Source: Terriglobia bacterium | Lineage (GTDB): Bacteria; Acidobacteriota; Terriglobia; Terriglobales; SCQP01 | NCBI GenBank assembly: GCA_021323595.1 | Contig: JAJPKR010000061.1 | Location: 83,364-147,363, forward strand | DNA length: 64,000 nucleotides | Reading direction: 5' to 3' | Part shown: one piece after another, positions 50,337 through 59,179 of the stretch | Layout: the number at the start of each line of letters is the position of its first letter | Numbering within the stretch: position 1 is the first letter of the stretch | The notes under the pieces: generated by a model | Told to the model about the DNA's origin: nothing | Database searches by the model: none | What the model saw: the letters and a program-made list of their open reading frames with translations, nothing else | Made by a program: the position numbers and the translations under genes

Positions 50337-50774
50337 CTAACGCGGATAGGGGTGGCCGTGCAGGAGCGCGAGCGCGCGATAGAGCTGCTCGGCGAGCATG
50401 ACGCGGGCCAACTCGTGCGAATAGGTCATGGCCGAGAGGGAAAGCGCGCCTTCGGCGGCGGCGCGCGCCTCGGGCCCAAAGCCGTCGGCGCCGCCGATGG
50501 CCAGCAGCATCTCGCGGCCGTCGCGGGCGAAGGCGCGGGCGAGGAAGCTGGCGAACTCCGGGGAATCGAGCTGGCGGCCGGCGGGATCGAGCAAGACCAG
50601 GCGGCGGCCGCCCTGCGCTTGCAGCAAGCGCAACAGGCCGGCGTCGCCTTGGCGAGCGTCGATTTCGCAACTGGCGACGCGGGCGAAGCGGCGGACGCGG
50701 CGGAGATATTCCTCGGTCCACGCCGCCGCCGCCGGCTGCTTAGTTTTGCCGATCCAGGCGATCAGGAAGCGCAT
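50337..50774 (-). CDS. rlmH: 23S rRNA (pseudouridine1915-N3)-methyltransferase RlmH (SPOUT)
   Basis: ORF 50337..51005 trimmed to ATG 50774 (MRFLIAWIGKTK...). C-terminus is ...LSLS.MT..H.LAR..L.EQLYRA.....GHPY. Confidence 0.88.
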   Translation of the reverse strand: MRFLIAWIGKTKQPAAAAWTEEYLRRVRRFARVASCEIDARQGDAGLLRLLQAQGGRRLVLLDPAGRQLDSPEFASFLARAFARDGREMLLAIGGADGFGPEARAAAEGALSLSAMTYSHELARVMLAEQLYRALALLHGHPYPR

Positions 50775-51682
50775 GCCGCCTCCGCCGCTTCGATGGTGGC
50801 CGCGTGAATCGCAGCGGTATCTTCCACGCGCCGGGCATAGCCGCCGGCGAGGGTGACGGCGACGGCAAGCTCGCGGTCGCGCGCGGCCGCGAACACGAGG
50901 TCGTCGCGGCGCCGCAAGCCCTCGCGGCTGAGCGCCAGGCCGCCCAGCTGGTCTTCGCGGTAGGGATCGGCGCCGGCCACGTACCAGAGCAGAGCCGGCC
51001 GGCACCGGGCAAAGGCTTCGCGCAGCGCAGCCGCGAGCGCCGCCAGATATTCGTCATCGCCGACGCCGTCTTCGAGATTCACATCCAGATCGCTCGCCTG
51101 CTTCAAGGCGGGATAGTTATCGGCCTGATGCAGGCTCAGGGTGAAGACGGCGGCGTCGCCGCGGAACAGCGCCGCCGTACCGTTGCCTTGGTGAACGTCG
51201 CAATCCACCACCAGCGCCTGCGTTTCCCGGCCCTGCGCCGCGCGCCGGCGCTGCCAGCAACGAATGCCCACGGCGATGTCATTGAGCGCGCAGAAGCCTT
51301 CGCCGTGGCCGGCGAAGGCGTGATGAAATCCGCCGCCGAGGTTGGCGGCGACGGGCGCGCCATCGGCGGCCAGGATTTCCGCGGCACGCACCGAGCCGCC
51401 CACGTGCAGCAAGACGGCGTCGCGAATCGCCGGCGTCCAAGGCACCTCCAAGCGCACCAATTCCGCCGGCCGCAAGCGGCAGGCCAGCAGCCGCTCGACC
51501 CAATCGGCGTGATGGACCAGCTCCAGCTCCTCGCGGGTCGCCGGCCGCGGCTCCTCCCAGCGCACGCCGGCGCGCGGGCGCAAGAGCGCGGCCGCGCGCT
51601 CGTACTTGTCGCCGGGAAAGACGTGGGCGCCCAAGTCGAGGCGGTAGCCGGGAGAATAAACGACGGCCAGCGGCAGCGCCAT
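50762..51682 (-). CDS. Histone deacetylase-family (class II-like/AcuC-type) deacetylase
   Basis: 306 aa. Motifs GGGFHHA....G.GFC..ND.A, D.DVHQGNG and GGY. The stop overlaps the rlmH start by 13 nt. Confidence 0.88.
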   Translation of the reverse strand: MALPLAVVYSPGYRLDLGAHVFPGDKYERAAALLRPRAGVRWEEPRPATREELELVHHADWVERLLACRLRPAELVRLEVPWTPAIRDAVLLHVGGSVRAAEILAADGAPVAANLGGGFHHAFAGHGEGFCALNDIAVGIRCWQRRRAAQGRETQALVVDCDVHQGNGTAALFRGDAAVFTLSLHQADNYPALKQASDLDVNLEDGVGDDEYLAALAAALREAFARCRPALLWYVAGADPYREDQLGGLALSREGLRRRDDLVFAAARDRELAVAVTLAGGYARRVEDTAAIHAATIEAAEAACAS

Positions 51683-51771
51683 TGCCTTTCAGGCTACCGC
51701 CAGGATGCGTCTTAAGCTATTGTTCAGGCCGGCTCGGGCATGTTGAAAAGCTGGCCGAGCTGGCCGCTCTC

Positions 51772-53100
51772 ATGTCCAAGTCACTGGCGAAGATCCTGGC
51801 GGCGCTGGCGCTGGCGGGCGCGGCGGGCGCTCCGGCGCGGGCGCAGGCGCCGGCGGCGGTCATCGACCTGGCGACGGCGCAGCGCATGGCGCGCGCCAAC
51901 AGCCCGCAATTCCAAGCCGCCGCCGCCGCGCTGGGCGTGGCGCGGGAAGACCACCGCTTGGCGCGCGACGCCATGCTGCCGAGCGTCACCTACAACAACG
52001 GCTACCTTTACACCCAGGGCGGCACCGGCGTGATCACGCCGCGCTACATCGCCAACAATGCCGTGCACGAATACATCAGCCAGGGGCAGGTGCACGAGGA
52101 CTTGTTCGCAGGCGGGGCCCATCTGGCCGGGCTGAGCCGGGCGCGCGCCGGGGTGGCGCTGGCGCGCGCGCAATTGGAGATCGCCGCGCGCGGCCTCGCC
52201 GCCACGGTTACCGGCGCTTACTATGCGCTCCTGGCCGCGCAGAGCAAGGCCGGCGCGGCCGCCCAGGCGGTGGCGGAGGCGCAGCGCTTCGTCAAGCTCA
52301 GCGAGCAGCTCCAGCAAGGCGGCGAGGTCGCGCAGGCGGACGTGATCAAGGCGCAACTGCAACTGGCAGCCGCGCAGCGGGCGCAACAAGAGGCGGCTCT
52401 GGCTTTGGAGCAGAGCCGGTTGAATTTGGCGGTGCTCTTGTTCCCGCGCTTCGACGAGAACTTCACCGTGCGCGACGATTTGGCGGCCGCCCCGCCGCTG
52501 CCCGGCTTCGACCGCCTCCGCGCGCTGGCCGCCGCCGCCAATCCCGACGTGGGCGCGGCGGAAGCCGCGCTGCGCCAGGCGCGGGCGGACGTGGCGCTGG
52601 CGCGGGCGGGATTCTTGCCGACGCTCAGCCTCGATTATTGGTACGGGATCGATGCCGACCATTTCGCGGCGAACGACCCGATCGGACCGGGGCGCCTGCG
52701 CAACATCCCCAACCTCGGGTACTCGGCGCAAGCCACGCTGGCGATTCCCATCTGGAATTGGGGGGCGACGGGCAGCAAGGTGCATCAAGCGCAACTGCGC
52801 CGCCAGGCGGCCCAGGCGCAATTGACCTTCACGCAACGCGCGCTGCTGGCGAACCTGCACGCGCTTTATGCCGAGGCGAGCACGGCACGGGCGGAGCTGA
52901 CCTCGCTCGTGCAGAGCGCGGCGCTGGCCCAGGAAAGCTTGCGGCTGACGAACTTGCGCTACCAGGGCGGGCTGGCGACGGCGCTCGAGGTCGTGGACGC
53001 GCAAAATGCGCTGATCCAGGCGCGCAACGCGCTGGCCGACGGCCAGGCGCGCTATCACGCCGCCCTGGCGCAATTGCAGACGCTGACGGGGAGCTGGTGA
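51772..53100 (+). CDS. TolC-family outer membrane efflux protein
   Basis: ORF 51682..53100 trimmed to ATG 51772, with a signal peptide (MSKSLAKILAALALAGAAGAPARAQA). Two-repeat coiled-coil/beta architecture. Ends ...Y..AL.QL..LTG. Confidence 0.85.
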   Translation: MSKSLAKILAALALAGAAGAPARAQAPAAVIDLATAQRMARANSPQFQAAAAALGVAREDHRLARDAMLPSVTYNNGYLYTQGGTGVITPRYIANNAVHEYISQGQVHEDLFAGGAHLAGLSRARAGVALARAQLEIAARGLAATVTGAYYALLAAQSKAGAAAQAVAEAQRFVKLSEQLQQGGEVAQADVIKAQLQLAAAQRAQQEAALALEQSRLNLAVLLFPRFDENFTVRDDLAAAPPLPGFDRLRALAAAANPDVGAAEAALRQARADVALARAGFLPTLSLDYWYGIDADHFAANDPIGPGRLRNIPNLGYSAQATLAIPIWNWGATGSKVHQAQLRRQAAQAQLTFTQRALLANLHALYAEASTARAELTSLVQSAALAQESLRLTNLRYQGGLATALEVVDAQNALIQARNALADGQARYHAALAQLQTLTGSW

Positions 53101-54341
53101 TGGGTTCGCGCATCATGCTCGCGTTCGGTTCGCTCGGCGCGCTCGCCTGGCTGGCGGCTTGCGGCGCCGCGCCGCCGCCGGTGACGCCGGTGGTCACGGT
53201 GCAAGCGGCCGTCGCCCGGCGCCAAGCGCTGACCGTGACCCTGAGCGGCGAGGCGGTTCTCTATCCGCTGCACCAGGCCATGCTCACGCCGAAGATCACG
53301 GCGCCGGTGGCGGCGTTTTTCGTGCAGCGGGGCGACCGCGTGCGCGCGGGCGAGGAGGTGGCGCGGCTGGAAAATCGCGACCTGGCCGCCGCCGCGCTCG
53401 AGGCCCAGGCCGCCTATCAGCAGGCGCAGGCGCAATATCAAACGGCGATCCAGGCGGCGGTGCCGCAGGCGGTCAAGAAAGCGCAATTGGATCTGGCGAG
53501 CGCCCAGCAGGCGCTGGCGGCGGCGCGGCGCACGTTCGAGAACCGGCAAACGCTCTACCGCCAGGGAGCGCTGCCGCGGCACGATCTCGACCAGGCGCAG
53601 GTCGCCTACGTGGATGCGCAAGCGGCCGAGCGCATCGCCCAGCAGCAGTACGATGCGCTGCAGGCCGGGGGCGCGGCGCGCGACCGGGCCGCGGCGCTCG
53701 GCCAGCTCACCGCCGCGCGCGCGCGCTACGAAGCCGCCGAGGCGCAGCTCGGCTATTCCATCATCCGCAGCCCCATCGGCGGCGTCGTCGCCGACCGGCC
53801 GGTCTATCCCGGCGAGCTGGCCACGCCGAGCACGCCGCTGATGACGATCATGGATACCAGCGCCGTGGTGGCCCGCGCCCATTTGCCGCAAGCGGAAGCG
53901 GCGCGGGTGAAAGCGGGGGACGCGGCCACGATCCTGCCCGAGAGCGGCGCACCGGTGCCCGCGCGCGTGACGCTGGTCAGTCCCGCCCTCGACCCCGGCA
54001 GCACGACGGTGCAGGTGTGGATGCGCGCGGCCAACCCCGGCGGCCGGCTTCGGCCGGGCAGCACCGTGCGGTTCCGCATCCAGGTGGCCACGGTGCCGAA
54101 CGCCTTGGTCATTCCTGCGCCCGCCTTGCTCACCGCCGCCGACGGCAGCACTTCGGTGATGGTGATCGGCGCCGACCACAAGGCGCACGCGCGGCCGGTG
54201 ACGGTGGGCGCGCGCGCCGGCGCGCTGGTGCAAATCACCGCCGGGCTGCAAGCCGGCGAAACCGTGGTCACCACCGGCGCCTACGGCCTGGACGACGGCA
54301 CCGAGGTGCGGGTCGCCGCGGCGGCGCCGCCGGGATCGTGA
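53100..54341 (+). CDS. RND efflux membrane-fusion (periplasmic adaptor, HlyD family) protein
   Basis: Taken from ORF 52638..54341. The ATG at 53100 overlaps the TolC stop (TGATG). Lipoprotein-like AWLAACG. Coiled-coil hairpin. Contains IRSPI.G.V motif. Confidence 0.88.
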   Translation: MGSRIMLAFGSLGALAWLAACGAAPPPVTPVVTVQAAVARRQALTVTLSGEAVLYPLHQAMLTPKITAPVAAFFVQRGDRVRAGEEVARLENRDLAAAALEAQAAYQQAQAQYQTAIQAAVPQAVKKAQLDLASAQQALAAARRTFENRQTLYRQGALPRHDLDQAQVAYVDAQAAERIAQQQYDALQAGGAARDRAAALGQLTAARARYEAAEAQLGYSIIRSPIGGVVADRPVYPGELATPSTPLMTIMDTSAVVARAHLPQAEAARVKAGDAATILPESGAPVPARVTLVSPALDPGSTTVQVWMRAANPGGRLRPGSTVRFRIQVATVPNALVIPAPALLTAADGSTSVMVIGADHKAHARPVTVGARAGALVQITAGLQAGETVVTTGAYGLDDGTEVRVAAAAPPGS

Positions 54342-54348
54342 GCGGGTC

Positions 54349-57300
54349 ATGCCGCCTCGCCCCCACTCCGCCCCGCTGACCGCGCGCTCCTGGCTGGCGC
54401 GGCACTCGCGTTCGGTGATCTTTCTGGCCGTGGTGTTGTGCGCCGTGGGCGCGTACCTGGCCTTCACGATTCCGATCGCCGTCTTTCCCGCCACCAACTT
54501 TCCCCATATCGTCATCGGCGTGGACAACGGCGTGATGCCGATCGATCAGATGCTCGTGACCATCACGCGCCCGATCGAGGAGGCCGTCAGCAACGTGCCC
54601 GGCTTGCGGATGGTGCAATCCATCACCAGCCGCGGGTCGGACGAGGTGGATCTGTTTTTCAACTGGAACGTCGATATGTTCCAGACGCTCCAGCGCGTGA
54701 ACGCGGCGCTGGCCCGCGCCCAGGGCTCGCTGCCGGCGACGGCGCAGATCACCGCCACGCGCCTGCGCTTCTCCTCCTACATGGTCTTCGGCTACAGCCT
54801 GACCTCGCGCACCATGCCGCAAACCGAGCTGTGGCAACTGGCCACGTACGACCTGGCGCCGCAGTTGAATCGCCTGGACGGCGTGGCCACGGTGGTCGTG
54901 CAGGGCGGGCAAGTGCCGGAATTCGCGATCCAGCCCGATCCCGCGAAGCTGCTCGCGGCCGCGGTGACCGTTCCTCAGATCCTCCAGGCCGTGGACAGCG
55001 CCAACACGATCCAGTCGCCGGGGCTGCTCGAACACAACCACCAGCTTTACCTGGGGCTGGTCACCGGCCAGGTGCACACGCCGGAGGAGATCGCGAACAT
55101 CGTCGTCAAGACCGCGCCCGACGGCGCTCCGGTGCGCATCGGCGACGTCGCCACGGTCACGCCCTCGGTGAAGCCGGTGTACACCGTGGTCACCGCCAAC
55201 GGCCAGCCGGCGGTGCTGCTGAACATCAACCGCCAGCCCGGCAGCAACATCATGGCGGTGGGCGCGGAAATCCACGCCAAGATTCGCCAGCTGCAGGCGT
55301 CGCTGCCGCCCGGGGTGGTGATTCAGCCTTTTTACGACCAATCGCTGCTGGTCGGCCAGTCCATCGGCAGCGTGCGCGATGCCATCGTGATCGGGTTGCT
55401 CCTGGCCTCGATCGTGATGGTGGTCTTCTTGCGCGATTGGGGCACGTCGCTGGTGGCGGGCCTGGTGATTCCCGCGACGCTGCTGATCACGATGATTTTT
55501 CTCAAGGTGCTCGGGCAGACCTTCAACCTGATGACCTTGGGCGGGCTGGCGGCAGCGGTGGGCTTGGTCATCGACGACGCGATCGTGGTGGTCGAAAACA
55601 TCGTGCTGCATCGCGAGGCGGGCGAGGGGCGCTGGCGCGCGGTGCAGTCGGCGATCCGCGAGATCGGCGTGGCGCTGGTCGGCTCGACGCTGACGCCGAT
55701 CGTGGTGTTCTTGCCGCTGGTGGCGATCACCGGCGTCACCGGCGCGTTCTTCCGCGCGCTGGCCATCACCATGTCGGTGGCGCTGCTGACCTCGCTGGGG
55801 CTGGCGTTAACCTGGACGCCGACCTTGAGCTTGTATTTCATCCGGCGCGGCGCCGACCGGCCGGACAGCGCGAGCGCGGAGGGCGAGCGGCTGATGCTGC
55901 AAGAGCCGGAGGCGCAGGGCTTTTTCGGCCGCGTGGTGCGCTTCTACGAAGGATGGCTCATTCCGGCGCTGCGGAAGCCGAAGTGGCTGGCGCTGGGCAG
56001 CGCCGTGCTGGTGGCGGTTTCGATTCTTTGCTACAAGAATCTCGGTTCCGACCTGCTGCCCAAGATGGATGAGGGCGCGTTCACGCTCGACTACGTCATG
56101 CCGGCGGGCAGCTCGCTGGCGGAAACCAACCGGGTGATCGGCCACATCGAACGCATCCTGCACGGGATTCCGGAGGTCGAGAGCACGTCGCGGCGCACCG
56201 GGCTGCAGCTGGGCTTCGCGACGGTCACCGAGGCCAATACCGGCGACATTTCGGTCAAGCTCCGGCAGCATCGCTCGCGCAGCGTGGAGCAGGTGATCGC
56301 CCAGGCGCGGCGCGAGATCAGCGCGCAGGAGCCGGAAATCGACGTCGAGTTCATCCAACAACTGCAGGACATGATCGGCGATCTGACCAACGCCGCGCAG
56401 CCGATCGAAATCCGCCTGTTCTCGCCGGACGTGGCGCTGCTCAATCAATGGGCGCCGCGGGTGGCGGACACCCTCGCCAATATTCCCGGCCACCATATCG
56501 TGGACGTGCAAAACGGCGTCGATAACACCATCAGCGGGCCGGCCGTGGTGTTTCGGGTGGATCCCGCCCGCGCCGCCCGCGCGGGCTTCACCCCCGATGA
56601 AGTCGCCACCGACGCGACCGCGATTCTGCAAGGCGTGCCGGCGGCGGCGCCGGTGGTGACGGGCAATCGCGCCTACACGATCCGCGTGCGCTTCCCCGCC
56701 GCCGACCGCGCTTCGCTGGACGACGTGCGCAACGTGCTGCTCACCAGCGGCAGCGGCCGCACCGCCACGCTGGGCTCGCTCGCCACTGTCACCGAATTGC
56801 CGCCGCAGACGGAGATCCTGCAACAGAATTTGCAGACCTATGTGCTGGTGACAGCCCGCCTGGAGAACGAAGATCTCGGCAGCGCCATGGCCAGCGTGCG
56901 CCGCGCCGTCGAGGGCATGCATCTGCCGCCGGGGATTCGCGTCGAGTACGGCGGCCAGTACGCCAGCCAGCAGCGGTCGTTCCGCGATTTGCTGACGGTG
57001 CTGCTCGCCGGGATCGTGCTCGTGTTCTTGGTCCTGCTGTTCGAATTCGGCGACTGGTCGGCGCCGCTGGCGATCCTGGCGAGCGCGCTGCTTTCGACCT
57101 CGGGAGTGCTCTTCGCACTGTGGATCACCCGCGTCAGCTTCAACATCGCTTCGTTCATGGGCTTGATCATGGTCGTCGGCATCGTCGCCAAGAACGGCAT
57201 TCTGTTGCTCGACGCCGACCAGAAGTATCGCGGGCAAGGCGAGGATGCCTTCACCGCCATCGTGCAGGCGGGCCGGCGGCGGCTGCGCCCCATCGCGATG

Positions 57301-57525
57301 ACCGCGATGGCGGCGGTGGCGGGCATGCTGCCGCTGGCGCTGGGCTGGGGCGCGGGGGCGCAGATGCTGCAACCGCTGGCCATCGCCGTCATCGGCGGCA
57401 TCGTGATCTCGATGGCGCTAAGCCTGATCGTCACGCCCGCCGTGCACTTCTACATGAGCGCAGGCGCGCCGCCGGCGGCGCCGCAGCCGCCGCCGCCCTT
57501 GCTCGCGGAACAAGGGCGCGCTTGA
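54349..57525 (+). CDS. RND superfamily efflux transporter (AcrB/CzcA-like inner-membrane pump)
   Basis: 1058 aa, 12-TM architecture with two large periplasmic loops. Conserved ...GLVIDDAIVVVENI... and ...VGIVAKNGILL... segments. Confidence 0.93.
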   Translation: MPPRPHSAPLTARSWLARHSRSVIFLAVVLCAVGAYLAFTIPIAVFPATNFPHIVIGVDNGVMPIDQMLVTITRPIEEAVSNVPGLRMVQSITSRGSDEVDLFFNWNVDMFQTLQRVNAALARAQGSLPATAQITATRLRFSSYMVFGYSLTSRTMPQTELWQLATYDLAPQLNRLDGVATVVVQGGQVPEFAIQPDPAKLLAAAVTVPQILQAVDSANTIQSPGLLEHNHQLYLGLVTGQVHTPEEIANIVVKTAPDGAPVRIGDVATVTPSVKPVYTVVTANGQPAVLLNINRQPGSNIMAVGAEIHAKIRQLQASLPPGVVIQPFYDQSLLVGQSIGSVRDAIVIGLLLASIVMVVFLRDWGTSLVAGLVIPATLLITMIFLKVLGQTFNLMTLGGLAAAVGLVIDDAIVVVENIVLHREAGEGRWRAVQSAIREIGVALVGSTLTPIVVFLPLVAITGVTGAFFRALAITMSVALLTSLGLALTWTPTLSLYFIRRGADRPDSASAEGERLMLQEPEAQGFFGRVVRFYEGWLIPALRKPKWLALGSAVLVAVSILCYKNLGSDLLPKMDEGAFTLDYVMPAGSSLAETNRVIGHIERILHGIPEVESTSRRTGLQLGFATVTEANTGDISVKLRQHRSRSVEQVIAQARREISAQEPEIDVEFIQQLQDMIGDLTNAAQPIEIRLFSPDVALLNQWAPRVADTLANIPGHHIVDVQNGVDNTISGPAVVFRVDPARAARAGFTPDEVATDATAILQGVPAAAPVVTGNRAYTIRVRFPAADRASLDDVRNVLLTSGSGRTATLGSLATVTELPPQTEILQQNLQTYVLVTARLENEDLGSAMASVRRAVEGMHLPPGIRVEYGGQYASQQRSFRDLLTVLLAGIVLVFLVLLFEFGDWSAPLAILASALLSTSGVLFALWITRVSFNIASFMGLIMVVGIVAKNGILLLDADQKYRGQGEDAFTAIVQAGRRRLRPIAMTAMAAVAGMLPLALGWGAGAQMLQPLAIAVIGGIVISMALSLIVTPAVHFYMSAGAPPAAPQPPPPLLAEQGRA

Positions 57526-57636
57526 ACGCGCAGCCGCTGCGCAGCTCGGGCTCGGCCGGCCACGCGGCGCCAGGCGCCAAAGGGGGGAGACCAGGGGTGC
57601 GCTCGCCAGGGACGGAGGATCTGGGCTAAGTGATTG

Positions 57637-57655
57637 CTATTAAGTTAATTAATAG
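57637..57655. repeat. AT-only perfect palindrome CTATTAA-gttaa-TTAATAG (contains TTAATTAA)
   Basis: Read directly. This is the most AT-rich spot I noticed in an otherwise very GC-rich window. It lies at the acrB-proximal edge of the structured spacer. Confidence 0.6.
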
Positions 57656-57680
57656 GCGGATTCGCGGCTGGGCGGCGCCG

Positions 57681-58038
57681 AAAAAATGGTCTCCTGGTCG
57701 AAAGTACAGGTCAACACCCCCTGTGCTGCGGCGGCGAGGGGTGGTAAGTCTAACCCGTTTTGAGACTTTGACTTACAGCTAGACCTGGCGCGCTCGCGAG
57801 CGGTTTGCAGTGTTGAGCTTCCCAACGGGGGTAGCCCAAAGATGGGCCACCCAAAGGGAGGGAATCGGAGGACGATTCCCTCCCTGTTCTCGCGGAAAAG
57901 CGAAGCGCGGACAAAGTTAGATTGTCAAACAGCGGCGGGGCACATTTCGGCGCGACCCGCAGAGGCTTCCCCTGGGGGGCCTCGTAAGTAGGATTCAATT
58001 CGCGACGGCGGAGTTGGCCGGAGAGGCGGCTGCGAGCG
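57681..58038 (-). ncRNA. Candidate structured RNA of unknown class (boundaries approximate)
   Basis: Lies between the SDR terminator (58039..58060) and a T6 run (57686..57681 on the minus strand). There are five consecutive hairpins: 57884..57856 (12 bp, perfect), 57852..57829 (10 bp), 57826..57812 (6 bp), 57776..57744 (7 bp) and 57743..57715 (7 bp). Three of them contain a G.U pair on the minus strand that would be an A.C mismatch on the plus strand. No credible ORF. GC is lower than in the flanks. Confidence 0.3.
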
Positions 58039-58060
58039 AAAAAAGGGGCGGGCGAGCCCC
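58039..58060 (-). terminator. Intrinsic terminator of the DUF72-SDR operon (GGGGC-TCGCCC-GCCCC followed by T6)
   Basis: On the minus strand the stem is 58060..58056 / 58049..58045, followed by TTTTTT (58044..58039). It lies 73 nt downstream of the SDR stop. Confidence 0.65.
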
Positions 58061-58132
58061 TCGGATCCGGCTGCGGCGCGGCAGCTCGCTCATGCGGTGG
58101 CTCCAAGCAGCTCGATGCGCGCGGAGGCGCGA

Positions 58133-59179
58133 TTACGCCGCCGGCTGGTTGTAGCGGGCCTTGTCGCGCCGGACGCGCGGCCGCACCAGCCTCTCGGTGA
58201 TCCGGTTATAGCTCTCCGCACCGGCGCGCGCGCGCTCGCCCTGGGCGGCCGGCTTCGGCAGCCAGCGATTGGCTTGCGCCATCAGGTCGGCGACCAGCCC
58301 CGGAGCGATGCCGTGGAGCAGCGCCGCCGCCTTGCCGGGCAGACCCAAGACCAGCACGGCGCGGCCGCGGCGGCAGGCGGCGACGATCTGCCGCGCGGCG
58401 TGCTCGGGATTTTGGGCGATCACCGGCGAGGAGCCGCTCAGCGCGAACCAGGCGAATTCCTGGCGATGGCGGCCTTTGAATTGCGCGTTTTCCTGCGAGC
58501 CGGTGCGGGTCAGCCAGGGACAAACGAGCGTAACGCGCACGCCGTGACGGTAGGCTTCGGCGCGCAAGCCCTCGGTCATGCCGGTCAAGGCGAACTTGCT
58601 GAGGGTATAGGGGAGCATGTGCGGCACCGGAACGATGCCGCCGATGGAGCTGATGTTGACGATCCGGCCTTGGCCGCGGGCCTGCATGGCGGGCAGGAAA
58701 TAGCGGCTCAGGCGCAGCGGCGCCCACAAGTGGACGTCGAGGGCCTCGGCATAGTCGTCCTCGGTCATCTGCTCCCAGGGCCCGACATGCATCACGCCGG
58801 CATTGTTGACCAGGACGTCGAGGAAGCCATAACGGTGGCGCACGGCGTCAGCCATCGCCGCCAACTCGCCGCGGCGGCGGAGATCGCAGGCATAGGTGAA
58901 AACCTCGCCGAACGGGGCCAGCTGGTCCTGGGCCGAGTCGCACTCTTGCCGGCTGCGCGAGCAGAGCGCCAGCCGCGCTCCGTGCGCCAGAAACTCGCGC
59001 GCCATGGCGAAGCCGAGGCCGCGCGTGCCGCCGGTGATCAGCACCGCGCGGTCGCGGAGCGAAAAGCTTCCCGGCCGGCGCCGCCACGCCCAATACGCCG
59101 CCGCGCCCGCGGCCACGGTCACGGCTCCCGCCGCGCCGATCGTGCCCGCCGCCACCGCGCCCGTTCGCCACCACCTCAT
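58133..59179 (-). CDS. Short-chain dehydrogenase/reductase with N-terminal membrane anchor and C-terminal extension
   Basis: 348 aa. TGGTRGLG (TGxxxGxG), NNAG and YTLSKFAL (YxxxK). The start overlaps the DUF72 stop (ATGA). Confidence 0.88.
   Translation of the reverse strand: MRWWRTGAVAAGTIGAAGAVTVAAGAAAYWAWRRRPGSFSLRDRAVLITGGTRGLGFAMAREFLAHGARLALCSRSRQECDSAQDQLAPFGEVFTYACDLRRRGELAAMADAVRHRYGFLDVLVNNAGVMHVGPWEQMTEDDYAEALDVHLWAPLRLSRYFLPAMQARGQGRIVNISSIGGIVPVPHMLPYTLSKFALTGMTEGLRAEAYRHGVRVTLVCPWLTRTGSQENAQFKGRHRQEFAWFALSGSSPVIAQNPEHAARQIVAACRRGRAVLVLGLPGKAAALLHGIAPGLVADLMAQANRWLPKPAAQGERARAGAESYNRITERLVRPRVRRDKARYNQPAA

Noticed and set aside
57750-58106. 118-aa minus-strand ORF inside the spacer.
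   Set aside because: No RBS and a low-complexity Pro/Arg/Ser-rich translation. It runs through the terminator hairpin and the perfect stem-loops, so it is much better explained as non-coding.
57526-58132. Attempted to assign the structured spacer to a known RNA: tmRNA (including a permuted form), RNase P RNA, SRP/4.5S RNA, tRNA-Sec (selC), or group II intron domain V.
   Set aside because: There is no tRNA-like acceptor or T-arm (GGTTCGA...CCACCA) and no plausible tag ORF ending in a stop. GGAAAGTCC and ACAGAA-type RNase P blocks are absent, as is the AGGAAGCAGC SRP motif. The only TTCAA loop (plus strand, ~57992) lacks a flanking anticodon stem. The class therefore remains unknown; a covariance-model search is still needed.
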